Shown here piece by piece: positions 63,330 through 64,000 of a DNA stretch of 64,000 nucleotides (the first letter of the stretch is position 1; each line of letters starts with the position of its first letter). The notes beneath the pieces are model-generated. The model ran no database searches. It was given only the letters and a program-made list of their open reading frames with translations, and was not told the DNA's origin. The translations under genes and the position numbers were made by a program. Location: assembly GCA_964016885.1 (NCBI GenBank), contig OZ024747.1, forward strand, positions 33,356,001-33,420,000. Direction: 5' to 3'. This stretch comes from Eledone cirrhosa (Eukaryota).

Positions 63330-64000
63330 AGAGATAACACTAGTGACGTTAACAACAATATATGTAACAACTATAAGAGAAATAACACTAACAACGTTAA
63401 CAACAATACATGTAACAACCATAACAGAAATAACACTAGTAACGTTAACAACAATACATGTAACAACCATAACAGAAATAACACTAGTAACGTTAAAAAC
63501 AATACATTTAACAACCATAACAGAAATAACACTAGCAACGTTAACAACAATACATGTAACAACCATAACAGAAATAATGCTAGCAACGTTAACAACAATA
63601 CATGTAACAACCATAACAGAAATAACACTAGCAACGTTAACTACAATACATGTAACAACTATAACAGAAATAACACTAGTAACGTTAGCAACGATACATG
63701 TCACAACCATAACAGAAATAACACGAGTAACGTTAACAACAACAATACATGTAACAACCATAACAGAAATAACATTAGCAACGTTAACAACAATACATGT
63801 AACAACCATAACATAAATAACACTAACAACGTTAACAACAATACATGTAACAACCATAACAGAAATATCACTAACAACGTTAACAACAATACATGTAACA
63901 ACTATAACAGAAATAACACTAACAACGATAACAACAATACATGTAACAACCATAACAGAAATAACACTAACAACGTTAACAACAATACATGCAACAACCA
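63330..64000 (+). repeat. Copy of about 57930-58600 at offset 5401 bp, running off the window end
   Basis: AATAATGCTAGC is at 58172/63573, and both copies carry the +AAC 51-bp monomer after CACGAGTAACG. ORF pairs are 57970/63371 and 58300/63701. Confidence 0.85.

Larger units (their letters stand above)
1..64000 (+). repeat. 48-bp tandem satellite array, head-to-tail, extending beyond both window ends; consensus TAACAACCATAACAGAAATAACACTAACAACGTTAACAACAATACATG, with 36-bp, 47-bp, 49-bp and 51-bp length variants
   Basis: The unit is visible on every line (e.g. 851-898 and following copies). The ORF track shows a 16-aa period in four frames (NNHNRNNTNNVNNNTC, TTITEITLTTLTTIHV, VVTCIVVNVVSVISVM, LLHVLLLTLLVLFLLW). 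I saw no non-repeat interruption or inversion. Confidence 0.99.

Noticed and set aside
1-64000. CRISPR array or repeat-spacer system
   Set aside because: There are no unique spacers; the variable positions are point variants of one monomer. No leader or cas genes are present.
1-64000. Telomerase-synthesised telomeric tract, suggested by the CA-rich/GT-rich strand skew
   Set aside because: The unit is 48 bp with no G-runs, and variants are copied in ordered kb-scale blocks, which indicates recombination or replication-based amplification rather than templated addition. A subtelomeric location is not excluded.
1-64000. Synthetic sequence or pure sequencing/assembly artefact such as a rolling-circle concatemer
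   Set aside because: Hierarchical shared variants, graded divergence among copies and domain-specific markers fit an evolved array. Exact copy numbers of the near-identical HORs still need read validation.
1-64000. Silent cassette archive for antigenic variation, or an encoded variant 'code'
   Set aside because: No expression site, recombinase, reverse transcriptase or conserved cassette boundary is present. The variant order is adequately explained by nested duplication.

Overview
The whole 64-kb window is one uninterrupted, single-orientation tandem array of a 48-bp AT-rich satellite. The consensus is TAACAACCA-TAACAGAAA-TAACAC-TAACAACGT-TAACAACAA-TACATG (26 A, 11 C, 8 T, 3 G; about 29% GC), at roughly 1,350-1,400 monomers by length. 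I saw no unique sequence, transposon, RNA gene or credible protein gene. The long Asn-, Thr-, Val- and Leu-rich ORFs arise because a 48-bp (16-codon) unit is stop-free in 4 of 6 frames; all four frames are broken by nonsense or frameshift variants, many of which were later amplified. The informative content is the hierarchy. 9/9/6-bp TAACA sub-repeats form a 24-mer, which is doubled to give the 48-mer (with a recurrent 36-bp deletion form). Monomers are grouped into nested higher-order repeats (HORs) with periods of about 0.75, 1.0, 1.1, 2.2-2.5 and 3.3-4.5 kb, plus long-range copies at about 5.4, 11, 14.6 and 28.6-29.2 kb. These are arranged in domains with distinct diagnostic variants. This resembles a eukaryotic (peri)centromeric or subtelomeric satellite under active block amplification, but host and function cannot be determined from the sequence alone. 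Coordinates of sub-blocks were read by eye from diagnostic variants, and their ends are approximate.
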